Shown: piece after piece, positions 24,787 through 37,038 of the stretch
How positions within the stretch are numbered: position 1 is the stretch's first letter
How the letters are laid out: each line of letters starts with the position of its first letter
Origin: Octopus vulgaris
Taxonomy: Eukaryota
Assembly (NCBI GenBank): GCA_951406725.2
Contig: OX597817.1
Coordinates: 95,294,001-95,358,000, forward strand
Direction: 5' to 3'
Length of the DNA stretch: 64,000 nt
Made by a program: the position numbers and the translations under genes
The notes under the pieces: model-generated
Databases searched by the model: none
What the model was told of the DNA's origin: nothing
What the model saw: the letters and a program-made list of their open reading frames with translations, nothing else

Positions 24787-26570
24787 CATCATTATCGTTT
24801 AATGGCTTTGTTCCATGCTGGCATGGGTTGGACAGTTTGACAAGATCTGATGGGTTGAAGGAATGCATCATCTACCAGTGTCTACCTCAGTATAATTTCT
24901 ATGGTTGGATGTTCCTTTTTAAACTGTATGTACTAAGTGCTTTTTTGTGCCACCAGCTCTAGTGAGGTTGCCATGCAGTTTGCAAGTCTACAAAACCTGG
25001 GTGGGATGGGGTTGAACAGCTGTTATGCAAAGAGATGAGGGGGTTAAAACATGAAAGAAGGGATAAAGATGAAGGTGGAGGGGCAAGCAAGTCCTTGTAG
25101 AGGAGCTATATGTTTACTCACATTTAGGAGACAAGGTGAGAATGATCAGCTGAAAAGTTCAGGTGGCTCTTCTAGACACAAAGTGAATATGTTGGGACTA
25201 AAAAACTAGGAGTGTGGGTGGGGATTTTCAAGAGTGTATGGGGAAGAAAAATAGGCAACAACTTTAAAGACTGGGCAGGATTGACAGTTGAATGCAAGGA
25301 GGAATGGGTGATGAGTGATGCCCGAGTTGCAGAAGGTAGCAGGATATAGAAGAGAGTAGTAGAATAGTGAGAGTAATAATACAGTTTAAAGGAGGAGGAA
25401 AAGATGACATGTGGTTGGGCAGGCTATACAAGAGAGGGAAAGAGGCAAGTGCAGTACATGAAGGGAGATAATTTGGTGGTTCAGTTTAAGAGGAGAACAA
25501 TATTAATGGATGAAAAATGGCTAAAAAGTGAAATAAGATGGTGTCTTGGGAGGGAAGTTGCATTGAGAGAAGAGCCACCTGAACTTTTCAGCTCCTGATG
25601 GATGGAAGTGGGTGGGGAGATGTTCAAAGGAGATTAGCTGAGGTGCCTATTTGTGCATATACATGTATACAGTGCTTCCAAAAGTTAGTTTCCCAGAGGC
25701 AGGCAGGTCTTCTTAAGAACCTCATATTACCAAACATCCTGGTCCTTTGTCATCTCCTCTGTGGGGTTCAGGGTCCAGTAATTAGCCTTCACCACTTTGA
25801 GTCATGTCTTCCTGAGTCTTTCCCTTTCACATGCACCATACACACTTAGTGATCAGCACTTCATGTCCTCATCCATATGCATAACCGGTGCAACCTTCTC
25901 TTTTGGCACTCAACATGATTCCTCTTATGCCCAGTTTTTTTTTCTCAGCACATTTTATACTATGATGTTCATTCACACTTCCAATGTAATATGATCACTT
26001 CATTTCTTTCCAATCTTTTCAAATCCTCTGTATTCAAGATTTATGTCCCATTACCATGTAGCATTGCAATTCAAACACAAGCATCATATTATTTGTATCT
26101 TCCCTTCACTCTAAAGTTGTATCTTCCCTTCATTTGTTGCTAGCAGTAGTAGTATCTCCCTGAACTTTACCTAACCTGTGCTTAGTCTAGCTACTATACT
26201 TTCAGAGCAACAATCTCCCTTGCTAATTACATCTTCTAGGTAACAAAAACTATCAACAACTTCTGGGCATTTAAGATAAACTATTTCCAGTACACTCATA
26301 TAATATACTGTTCAAGTGCATCTATTACATTTTTGTGATTCCACTACACCTGTATGTCCATAGCTGACTTCACTTACTGCATGCAGAGTTTATACCTACT
26401 TCTTTCCTTTGTTCAAGGCTCATGTCTCATTATCATGCAGCATTGCAGTTTTAACATGTGTCATACAATCTGTCCTTCATTCAATGGTAGTAACTTTCTG
26501 AATTATCTCAGACCTGTTCTTACTCTAGCTACTATACTTTCTGTGTGGCCATCTCCTTTGCTAATTACAT
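24787..26570 (-). mobile_element. Decayed RTE 3' end with long UTR
   Basis: Terminal CCATGCTGGCATGGG motif at ~24812, purine-rich UTR and RT relic at 25780-26570. Confidence 0.6.
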
Positions 26571-27138
26571 CATAACAAAATCTATTAATGTGTCAAATAT
26601 TCTTGCCAGCAATATGTTTATTATACAGGCCTCCTTTCAAAGGTTGGCCAATTCTGTAGTGACTTATAAAACTGACTGGATGTCCTTCTCAGTTACTGTA
26701 ATTTTTTGTGTCTATTAAATATGGTTGTAAATTGGAGAATCTTTGGATTTAGCTGATAAAAGTGGTTCAATTTCCTCAGCATGTGTCAGACTAAACCTAC
26801 AATTTGTTAAGCCTAATATCTTTTTAATGTTCTCCTTTGATCATAGTTTCATTATTAGCTCATGAGATGAAGGAATTCTCTTTTCAAATATATTCATTCT
26901 CAGATAATTCAGATTTGTTTTGGAGAATTTTACCTTAGTTAATCAGGAGTGCATTCTTTATTCACTAACTTTGATTCAGTGATAGCAGAGTGAAGATGTC
27001 TTGATATATTTTTTTAGTACCTCATTCGTTTTTTTCTCTCTTTTTTTTACAGTTCCCATGCAGTTCTGAAACACACCTATTAAATTTTTAAGACCCATCT
27101 AATGTTGGCCTACTAAGTACAGATCATTGATTGTATTA

Positions 27139-27337
27139 ACCTTCGTTAATTTACGCCGTTTATTTACGTACCACCACGCTGTTAGGTTTATAAAACAATT
27201 GAAGTTCAGTTTAAAGTTTATAAATAAATACATTTCATTCCATGTTCTGTTTAAACTTTATAAATAAATATATTCTTGCATTATTCATTAATGAAACCTG
27301 TTTTAAGGCGGTCAATAGTTTAATTAAAGATGTGTCT

Positions 27338-27386
<49 letters not shown>

Positions 27387-28382
27387 ATAGGATTAGCTCG
27401 TATACGAGTAGGTATATATTTGTAAAAATGAAGTTCGAAAATGCTGCTGTATTATACAATTTTTAATTTTTATATATACATTATAACATGTTTCAGTTCC
27501 TGAAATGAACCTTATCAAAAAAAGTTATATATAAAAAGAGACAGCTCATGCCGTCAAACACAAGAAATTCATTTATAATACACAACGGAGTCAGACATAT
27601 CTTAGAGTTCATGTATAGTTGATATATAGTTTGAAGTATATGTTCAAACTATATATCAACTATACATGAACTATATATCAACTATACATGAACTCTAAGA
27701 TGTCTGACTCCGTTGTGTATTATAAATGAATTTCTTGTGTTTGACGGCATGAGCTGTCTCTTTTTATATATAACTTTTTTTGATAAGGTTCATTTCAGGA
27801 ACTGAAACATGTTATAATGTATATATAAAAATTAAAAATTGTATAATACAGCAGCATTTTCGAACTTCATTTTTTACAAATATATATATATATATATATA
27901 CATGTGTATACATATATAAATATATACATGTGTAATGTATACACATGTATATATATATGTATACACATGTATCTATATATACATGTATGACACATCTTTA
28001 ATTAAACTATTGACCGCCTTAAAACGGATTCAACAGACAAATATTACTATAATAGATAATATAAGCATATAACTACTTATACACACATATAATAAATACA
28101 GACACACACACATTAGTCAGACATATAGCCACATATACACACACACACGTGTGTATGATTGGTGTATGTGATCGCGGTGGTGGTGGTCATTTGTGCAGAT
28201 TTGGTGTGATTTCTTTTTTAAAAACAATAATGAATAATGCAAGAATATATTATTTATTTATAAAGTTTAAACAGAACATGGAATGAAATGTATTTATTTA
28301 TAAACTTTAAACTGAACTTCAATTGTTTTATAAACCTAACAGCGTGGTGGTACGTAAATAAACGGCGTAAATTAACGAAGGT
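27139..28382. repeat. ~1.25-kb imperfect foldback (long inverted repeat) in intron 1 of the NDUFA3-like gene
   Basis: Arm pairs 27139-27290/28228-28382, 27300-27350/27975-28025 and 27413-27635/27643-27886; centre TTTGAA-gtatatg-TTCAAA at 27630-27648. Confidence 0.95.
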
Positions 28383-29237
28383 ATAAACCTGACGTAAATA
28401 CACGAAGTTGACTTTCACTTCTGACAGTTAAAAGCATGACAGTGCCCTATTATGCATCCCCAACAATTTCCTCATTTCACTAGTTTATTAGTAGTGCTCT
28501 TGTTGTTTGCAGCTTTCTTTAATGCTGAAATTTGTTGATTTTGATGAAATGTTTCGGATTGTATAGTTGATGCAAGTGTAGACATTTTGGCGGAATTCTG
28601 GTCTAAGCACTCCATATAACCTTCATAACTTTGAATTCATGTGTGACGAACACAAATTCGTAAAACGTTTCTGAAAATTCCCCAAATTAAAGAAATTACG
28701 AGCGGTTAAACTAGAATTCCAACGATATTTCAGTGTATTTCATCTCAGGATGACACCTTTAATTAAAATCCGTAACTTTACATCTGATGATAAGCTAGCA
28801 ATAAAAACGAGTTTGTTGATTCTGTCTGGATTTTCTTTCATTCTATTCAACAAATACGACATAAAAGAAATTGTCAAAAACCGAACATTTACACAAGAAT
28901 CATAGCGGTAGGAAAAAACTAAAATTCACAAGGAAGATGTTCCTGTAATAACAAACCTATTCTACATTTATTCAAGGTCGTTTATCAAATCGAGATATTG
29001 CGATAAAATTTACTTATTTTGTGTCCTTGTTTATTTTACGTTCATCTTCAAATTCGTTAAATAGATTTTTAAGAATGCTAGTACTTATGTAAAGATACTT
29101 TTTAATTTTACAAAAAAGAAATATTTGAATGATATTAAGATTTAAGTAACGACAAGACCATAACAGAATGAGGAAAAATATACTAATATTTCAAAGAAGA
29201 CCACTGGTTTCATTTGTATGCAACGATCTTAACTTAC

Positions 29238-29286
29238 TTTTGCCCTTGAAGATACGGGTCCAACCTCCAATGACGGGACGCGACAT
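29238..29286 (-). CDS. NDUFA3: NDUFA3-like, coding exon 1 of 4 (MSRPVIGGWTRIFKGK)
   Basis: caaaATGT start context; donor AAA|gtaagt, 49 nt, phase 1; lies in a locally CpG-rich, promoter-like segment. Spliced product (84 aa): MSRPVIGGWTRIFKGKSLVQVVKEGWHENPEIVGSLVYCTIGIIGWLGLLQYSSHLGEKKYMYKTRYIVKRVTDVENPDSEMYS. Confidence 0.8.
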
Positions 29287-29299
29287 TTTGAATTTGCAA

Positions 29300-29340
29300 A
29301 ACGTAAACAGGAACCGGAATTAAACATCACGTGATCAACA
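29300..29340 (-). promoter_or_regulatory. Candidate core promoter of the NDUFA3-like gene (ETS-type CCGGAA, E-box CACGTG)
   Basis: ACCGGAAT at 29313-29320 and palindrome ATCACGTGAT at 29326-29335, 27-50 nt upstream of the ATG. Confidence 0.5.
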
Positions 29341-29809
29341 ACACATTTCACTGTTTTGGTGTCTTTTTCTTAATGTTTAGTAAATGCCAACAGAATGTGA
29401 CAGTCCTGAAGATGTTGTTGTTGTTTTAGCCCCAGGAAAACATCTTTTCCAGCTAGCTATCGACTTTTGACATAATTTAGTTTGGTGAGCTAAATGCACG
29501 AGAATTAACAAACGAAATGCAGAAAAATATAAATTACTCGATTGAATTTTATAAAAAAATGGGCTATCTTTCATTATAAAACATCACTTTCACATTATTT
29601 GGAGGCTGTGTTGCTGCTAGATTTTTTTTTGCGTCTTCGGTGTATATTATGGAAGCATTTTTGTGTTGTTATTTAAGATGGGATGATTATAGGGATTTAG
29701 CTGCAATTTATTGCAGGTTGAGTGACAAGCATCATTCATGAGTTATTTTCTTTATTTTCGCTGTTATAAAAGGAGTCAGAACTAAGTTATTCTCTTATTT
29801 GAACACTTT

Positions 29810-30160
29810 ATATTGTTTCAGTCATTGAACTGCGGTCATGCTGGAGTACCGCCTTGAAAGGTTTTAGCCAATCAAATCAACCTCAGTACTTATAAAGTCT
29901 GGTACTTATTCTATCGGTTACTTTTGCCGATTCGCTAAGTTACAGGGACATGAACAAACAAACACCCGTTGCAAAGTGGGTTGGGGCAGACACAAAGACA
30001 TACATGCATGCATACATACACATGCGCGCACAAACACTGAATTTCTTTCAATTTCCGCCTACCAAATCCACTCACAACTTGTGAGTCACAAGGCTTTGGG
30101 TGGCCCAGGACAATTGTTGAAGACATTTGCCCAAGGTGTCACGCAATGGGACCTACGAAA
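29810..30160 (-). mobile_element. tRNA-derived SINE (diverged, 5' end truncated)
   Basis: Homology to the other copies of this SINE family. Confidence 0.7.
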
Positions 30161-31279
30161 CCGTATGGTAGGTGGATTGAAACACGAGGTTGAACGCGTA
30201 AAGCCAAACATGAGACCGAAACTTCGAAAGATTTAGAATATCGTTGTGTCGAAAGATCAAAACTACAAATTTAAAAATGCTTCAGAGGAAAATGAGAAAA
30301 GCTATTTTCAATGACATTTGTTTACATTTTTAGGCATAACTACAGATGTATATAATTCACCGAATTTGTTGCCACATAACTTACAGAAAATGGGTACTTT
30401 TTAACGAAAAGTTCAACAATTAATCTTGGAGATTAAGTGTATGTAAAGATTTGTTGCAAAAAAAAAAATGTATTTTGAGAGGCTGGTGAGGGGAGTTTCG
30501 CAAAATTCACACGACCCGATATATTCCCCCTCATAATTTTCAGGGGGATGGGTATTTTCTATTGAAATATTTTACTAATACCTTTCAAACGGTGTAGATT
30601 ATGATTACAAAGAAATCTGTAAGCAAAGTTTTTTGGGCGGGGGTGAGGAGTTTCTGGAAAACGGAGTTTCGAATCAGACAGCCCACAAAGTCGAAATTTT
30701 TGACGGGAATTTTTCCAGTTTTTTTTCCAGCACAGTCTTCGGAATGATGGGAGGCATCTTTTCACGAAAACAAGAAAAAAAATTTTTTTATTTAATTTTT
30801 TTTTTCACTTCCGCCACACTCTTACCACCCCAGTCCGGACCACTGTTATATACAAGAAAGGTGGCTCAACAGCGCCTAGGTAAAAAAAGTGTGTCACGAG
30901 AACTTAACCAAAGGCCGTGATTGGTTGGCTTTGGACAGTGGCGCGAAATAAGTAGAGACAAATCGCGCCACATGTCAACCAATCAGATCAGTGGACACAG
31001 GAACAGTCCAGCCAAAGGTGGCTGTAATCTCAAACGAGATCATTCCTGCTGTGTCTCTCAAACAGTGAGGATATCAGAGACCGCTACAAGTTCCTTCTCT
31101 AGTATGAGTAACTGATTTTTTTCTCCCCCACCCCTTTTTTTGGTTTCCGTTAATGTACATATTGGATACGTGATGGGATTATCATCTTGTAACATCGATG
31201 CTTTTAGACAATCTTTTGAGCTACTTACAGAGCTGTCTTTAGAACTAAAGCACTTATTATCAGTTCTTTCAGTTTGTCA

Positions 31280-31735
31280 AAACTTTTTCAATGCGTATAA
31301 CCCCATGTAAATTCGATGTCAACTTTGGTAACCCTTCGCAATGGTTACATAAATTAGGATAAATTTTGCATCATACATGACCATTCTTAAAAATCTAAAT
31401 AAATGTTACTTATTTGTGAGTTGTGGCACCTCTATAACTATATGCACATGATCTGGATTTGGTTTGACACTATGGTAAGTGAGTTTGTGATCATCATAAC
31501 TAACTTCGTCGTTGCCATTTTATTTTGCCAGGGTTAGTTTAAGTCCTGCTTTCGTAATACAATCAAAGACTTATTTATATTTTCTGTCATGTTCTTTGTT
31601 GGAACTACCCCTCTTCATTCAGCTCTATATGCCAAAAACTGCTTTGTGCATCTACTTTGGTGAACTTATCAGCATTGCAGCAACTTCCTTGACTGTGACG
31701 GTAGATACACAATAGCTTTGGTTAATGTTAACCAT
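31280..31735 (-). mobile_element. Old Gypsy-type pol relic (RT/RNase H), interrupted by a younger Gypsy element
   Basis: Minus-strand FTKVDAQSSFWHIELNEEGS (RT), KEHD..VF..ITKAGLKL and DDHKL (RNase H TDHKPL-like); gag-like remains may continue at 33960-34760. Confidence 0.6.
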
Positions 31736-31737
31736 AG

Positions 31738-33956
31738 TTGAAGTCAGTTGGATCAATAGGTAAGGACGCTCTCCAGTTGGTAGAAGCAGTAGACACTGCA
31801 AGAGCATTTGAAGCCACTACCAAACAAATGGCCTCACTAAGCTTACAAACAAGCCCACTAGGTAGCAGTGTAGATACTGTATCTAGGCACAGGACACAAA
31901 CCCACAAACAAAGAACTTGCCGGTACTGTGGTACAGAGCATGAATTTAATGACCGAAAAAAATGTCCTGCATTCGGTACACACTGCAAAGGATGTGGAAA
32001 ACTTAACCACTGGAAAAAAATGTGTAGGGTAACAAAATCCCAGAGATACAAGCCCCAATTTTCAAAGAGGAGCAGAAATAGAAGGGATATACATGAACAA
32101 CAACAGGAACAAAGCACCTCAGAGGAGGAATTCTTAGCAATCGGCATAATAAATGTGCATGAGATGGGAAAGGACGACCGGAAGAAAGAAGATGAGACAT
32201 ACACGACGATAAGAATCCAAAAGAAGGCCGGAAGGAAAAGAACAAACATAGACTTAAGACTAAAGATTGACACTGGAGCGCAGAGTAATATCTTACCTGT
32301 CAACCTCTACAAAAAGATGTTCCCAGAACACATAACAAAAGAGGATAAAGTCAAACAAGGAATCCTCACACCAAGTGATGTAATCCTCACTGCGTATGGA
32401 GGAACCAGGATTCCACAACTGGGTAAAACAACTATCGCAGGGACACACAAAGGAAAATTAATTAAGTGTTCTTTTTATGTCACAAGAACAGAAGGCCCAG
32501 CAATTCTTGGACTCGATACCTGCAGGTGGTTAAATATTGTGTCGGTCAATACTGAAGTGAAAGCAGCTCCAAGCAGGATTGACAGTGATATGCCTATCAA
32601 AGACCGACTACCAATCAAAAACAAAAGGGAGATGGAAGGACTAAGAAGAAAGGTCCACCACATTGTAAATGTGACAACCAATAAGCACATGTACAAAGAC
32701 ATAGAAAAGACAGTTTCTACATGCCGCATCTGCCAAAAGTACAAAACCTCACAACAAAAGGAGGAAATGATAGCTAGTGACATCCCAAGAAGGCCATGGC
32801 AAACTATTGGAGTAGATCTATTCACAGAAGGCCAAGAATGGTATTTAATAATGGCCTGCTACTACTCCAAATTTCCATTTGTGAGAAAAGTGAAAGACCT
32901 GACAGCCAAAACAATCACTACAGTGGCCCGAGGACTCCTAGCAGAGCAAGGAATACCAGAGCAGATCATATGTGACAATGGAACCCAGTTCACGTCACAA
33001 GAATTCAAAAAGCTAGCCGAAGAGTATGGGTTCAATATTACAACTTCATCTCCACACTACCCCAAAGGTCATGGGTTTACAGAAAGACAGGTGCAGACAG
33101 GGAAGAGAACACTAGTCAAATGCCGAGACTAAGGAAGACCCACACCTGGCACTTCTGTCCCTACGAGCGACACCACTGAGAGCTGATATGAAATCCCCAG
33201 CAGAATTGCTGAATGGCAGGAAGTACAAAACTACCCTGCCAACTAAGATCCAACCTCCTATTGACCAGGAAGAAACAAGGGCAAAGCTAGCAGCCACTCA
33301 AGAACAAGCACAGAGGCATTACAACAAACATGCACAATATTTACCTGAGATGCTTGGAGGACAACATGTGCATACTCAAGATCCCATAACTAAAACATGG
33401 ATCCCAGCAAAGGCTGTCAGTAGAGCTGAAACACCAAGATCATATATAATAGAAACAGAATCTAGTAGGCAGCTGAGACGCAACAGGGCCCACATCCGCC
33501 CAACACCAGAGCTGCCGAGGAAAACGTGTACAACACCTGCTGCATTGGTGACAACACCCACAGAGTCATCACCCCAACGTGTACCGACCACATATCAGCA
33601 GCCCAAGAACACACCTCAGACACCGGTGCGAAGCACAAGATGGAGAAAGAACATTCTGCCACCGGTTCGATACCGTTAAAGAAAAGAAAAGTATCTAATT
33701 CAGCTAGACTACAATCCATGGAGCAAGGGAGACTACTCATAATTGTCTTCACTGCCAAAAGACCCCTTTAATTTTTTTCAAGAAGAAGGGATGTTACACA
33801 TTCATATCTGTGTGTTTGCTAATGCCAAACTACTCCCTACTCTTGGCACTATTTGTTAGTGAACAGTACAAACTGTGTGTGAAGTATATAATGTGTTACT
33901 ACGCGAATGTCGTCGTCCGTCTATCAAGTAATGAAAATAAAGACGTAAACATAACA
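31738..33956 (+). mobile_element. Gypsy (Mag-like) LTR retrotransposon derivative: 5'-truncated, RT/RNase H deleted, 3' LTR present
   Basis: ORF 31738-33132 has gag knuckles CRYCGTEH..CPAFGTHCKGCGKLNHWKKMC, protease DTGA and integrase CRICQ..VDLF..CDNGTQF..ERQV; frameshifted integrase C-terminus at 33188-33679 (SPAELLNGR, PRSYII, RRNR); PPT AGAAGAAGGGA. Confidence 0.92.
33792..33956 (+). repeat. 3' LTR (165 bp)
   Basis: TGTTA...TAACA inverted termini directly after a polypurine tract; AATAAA near its end. Confidence 0.8.
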
Positions 33957-35059
33957 ATGGTTTTCATTTGGTTGTCTTTCCCATTAGAACCCAAACTACA
34001 CATAACAGTTACCAATGTTCTACGATTAATGAGTTGACCCATGTTGTAGGATCACGATGCTTGACAATAACACCAAGCTTCTCCTGGCGATTACGTTCAA
34101 ATTTGCCCTTAATCTCAAATTCTTCGTAGATGGTGTATGACTAATATAACGACCTGTTTTAACTTGAGTATTGATCAAGTAATTTTCTAAAACCTTTACA
34201 CAGATCAGGTTAACCAAGTAATAAGTTTACAGAGTTCACCTCAAGTCTTTTTTAACAAGTCTAATTTAAGATATGCATCTTTTCCTTGTATAGGTGATCG
34301 CATAAACCTATCCTGACAACTTGCAACATAAGTTTCATGACTGAACTTCTCGCTGGATGCTATACTAACTGTAGTTCTTCAGTCAGACATTAGTTGACTA
34401 AATAAATAGTGGACATAAGTGCTGTTTTTTTTAGAGCGACAGTACTCCTGTAACTAGTGATGATTTTGTCATCTGGGTTTTCAAATTCAAACAGTTAAAT
34501 ATTTATTGTGCTTGCAGTCTGGAGATAAGATGAAGCCTGCACTTTTCCGTCTTTCTCCGTGATTCCTGCAGCAAGCAACTACATGTCATATTGTGGTTCC
34601 CAGATCTTTTAGTTTTCGTCTAATCTTCCTTCAAAGCTCAAGATTTTTTGTTGTAGCTTCAAACACTTCTTGCTAAGACCAGAAGTAGCCTTTAAAATGT
34701 GTCCAGAATATTTCACTTTCAAACAGCTTGCACGGGCACTTTCTGCGTGCGTAAACGAAGTTCAGCAAAACAAATAAAATTAATGAAGAGAATAAATACT
34801 TATCTTTGTGTTTGTGTACTATAACAACAAAGACAGTTAGATAAAATAGGAGGCAACTTTACATGTAGCTTGTTAATCCATCCATCCAGCTTTCCGTCTA
34901 CCTTTGTACCTACCCACCTACTTATATCTACTTTTCTGTCTGTCTGAAGAGACACACGGCATTTCGTAAGTGAAGGTTATCTCATTGCTTGGAAAATAAA
35001 TTAAAACAACTTGGGTGTTGTCGCCTCTCCTTTTCACAATTTTATTGTAGAAGCGGCAT

Positions 35060-35690
35060 TATAATCAGTAGTTGTAGAAACAACTGTCTAATATTTGCAG
35101 ATGACATGGGGCTACTTGACTCATCCGAAGATAATCGCCAGCATGCACTGAATGGATTAACTACTGAGTGCTGAAAGGTAGGGATGAGTGTTAGTGTTGT
35201 GAAGACTGAGTCATTGGTCCCCTCAAGAAAGTCTTCCATGTTAGTGGAACACCACTGAGGCAAGTAGAGAAGTTTAAGTATGTCAAGGCCATAATCAAGA
35301 GCGATGGGAAGCAGGAGGCTGAATTGGGTGCAAGAAATGCAGGTGCTGGCACAGCAATGCACCGACTCCAGCATTTGATCCTCAGATGGGGAGGGGTTGG
35401 TAAAGATAGCAAAAGTTGCTATCTTCAGTTCAGTTTATTCTCATCAATTGTCACGAATGTTGGGTAATAGTTGAAAGAGTACAATCGTGACTACAAGCAG
35501 CTGAAATAGGGTTCCTCTGAAAGATCTCTTACCTGTCAGGGTACGTAACTCTTTCCAGTTCGAGCCACTACTAACATTAAGAGGTCACAGCTCTGCTACT
35601 ACGGACATATAATTAGAATGTTGCAGGAAAGAATAGCAAGATGCATTCTGCAAACCAAGCCAACCGACAGGCTGGATAACATCCTGATAT
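35060..35690 (+). mobile_element. Old RTE RT fragment
   Basis: LIFADDMGLL, LRQVEKFKY and QLC.YGHIIRM relics. Confidence 0.55.
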
Positions 35691-35900
35691 GACGTACGAC
35701 TTTTTGTCGTCACTGTTATATCTGAGCTGCTATAATATCAAACGTTTCTGATGTTCTCTTATTACTCTCCAGCTGTGTATCTTCAACAAACACTCCACGA
35801 TATCTCTATTCAATAATTCCTACGACCTGCACACTATGACTGTGCATATGACACTCTTTGCAGACTGTTCTGTGCATGCTCATTTATACCAACTAGTATA

Positions 35901-37038
35901 TAACCTACGAGACCTCTTGGTCCACAGCTTCTTCCCTGACCCTACCTCCCAACCTGGCTCGTTCCCCTGCTCCCGCCCACGCTGCCGCACTTGCCCTTAC
36001 CTCTCCAACACCACCCTCCTCACCGGCACCCATCACCAACCCTATCGCATCCTCGACTCCTTCACCTGCACCTCCAGCTATATAATCTATTGCATCTCCC
36101 GCTCTCTCTGCCATTCCCTGTACATCGGACAAACGGGACGCCGCTTGGCTGACCGGTTCGCGGAACACCTCCGAGACATCCGCCTCGCCAATGACACACC
36201 AGTCTCACGCCATTTCTGCTCCACCGGTCACTCCTTGCAACACCTGTCTGTGTTCGGATTGTCCTTGCACAGAGGCCATCAGGATTCCCGCTTGCGCCGT
36301 GAACAGGGATTAATCTTCTCTCTTCGCTCTTTTACGCCATTTGGGCTCAACTCTTCCCCCTTTTCATCTAACCTCCCCCCGACTCCTATTTCTCTTCAGT
36401 CCTTCGTCTTTTCACCCCTACTCTCTTTCCTTCCTCTTCCCTTCTTCCCCTTCTCCCTGCTCCCTCCCCATCTCCCCCTCCCCAAACCCCCAGCCGAACC
36501 CACACCCCACATGGGCTTTCCCCACCTCCCCACAACATCACACCACACTACACTACACCATGACATTACACATCACATCACAACACAACACCCACAGCAC
36601 ACCGCCCACACACCCATTCCCACATCTTTACACCTACACATATCATATCACAACACACCCATCCCCATATCTCCACACCCACACATACATACACATGTCC
36701 AGACCACCAGCCCTCTTTCACACGCACATACATACTCTCTTATACACACACGTACCTTCGTGTTGGGGCAAAGTCACTTGACCCTGCTATCTCCCCTACT
36801 GTCCCTCTAGCGTCTAACGTCTGACTTCTGCCTGAAGTCAGAACGCCATAATGGACCGTTAGCTCCTACACGCATTTTTTCTCTCCTTTTTTTTTTTCTG
36901 TGTATCTTTCTGTCGAAGAGCGTAGGCTTGAAACGTAAAAGACTTGTTCTATTTCTATTCCTGAGCGCCATACTAATACATTTGTTTGTTTGTACTCCAC
37001 CTGCCTTCGTCTTTTGTTTATTTTCGTAAACCTTCCCG
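35901..37038 (+). mobile_element. 5'-truncated Penelope-like element (GIY-YIG endonuclease + pLTR)
   Basis: CSRPRCRTCPY..FTCTSSYIIYCI..LYIGQTGRRLADRFAEH..VSRHF..REQ..PFGLN; 17-bp TSD TTATAC(C/T)AACTAGTATA at 35884-35900 and 37039-37055. Confidence 0.9.
36905..36942 (+). ncRNA. Minimal type I hammerhead-ribozyme motif (variant core) in the Penelope pLTR
   Basis: UCUUU-CUGUCGA-A-GAGC-guag-GCUU-GAAAC-GUA-AAAGA, with helix I UCUUU/AAAGA and helix II GAGC/GCUU. Confidence 0.65.

Noticed and set aside
35836-36810. 324-aa ORF as a host gene with a His/Thr/Pro-rich tail
   Set aside because: The N-terminal half is a Penelope GIY-YIG domain and the tail is read-through into low-complexity (CA-rich) UTR inside a TSD-bounded element.
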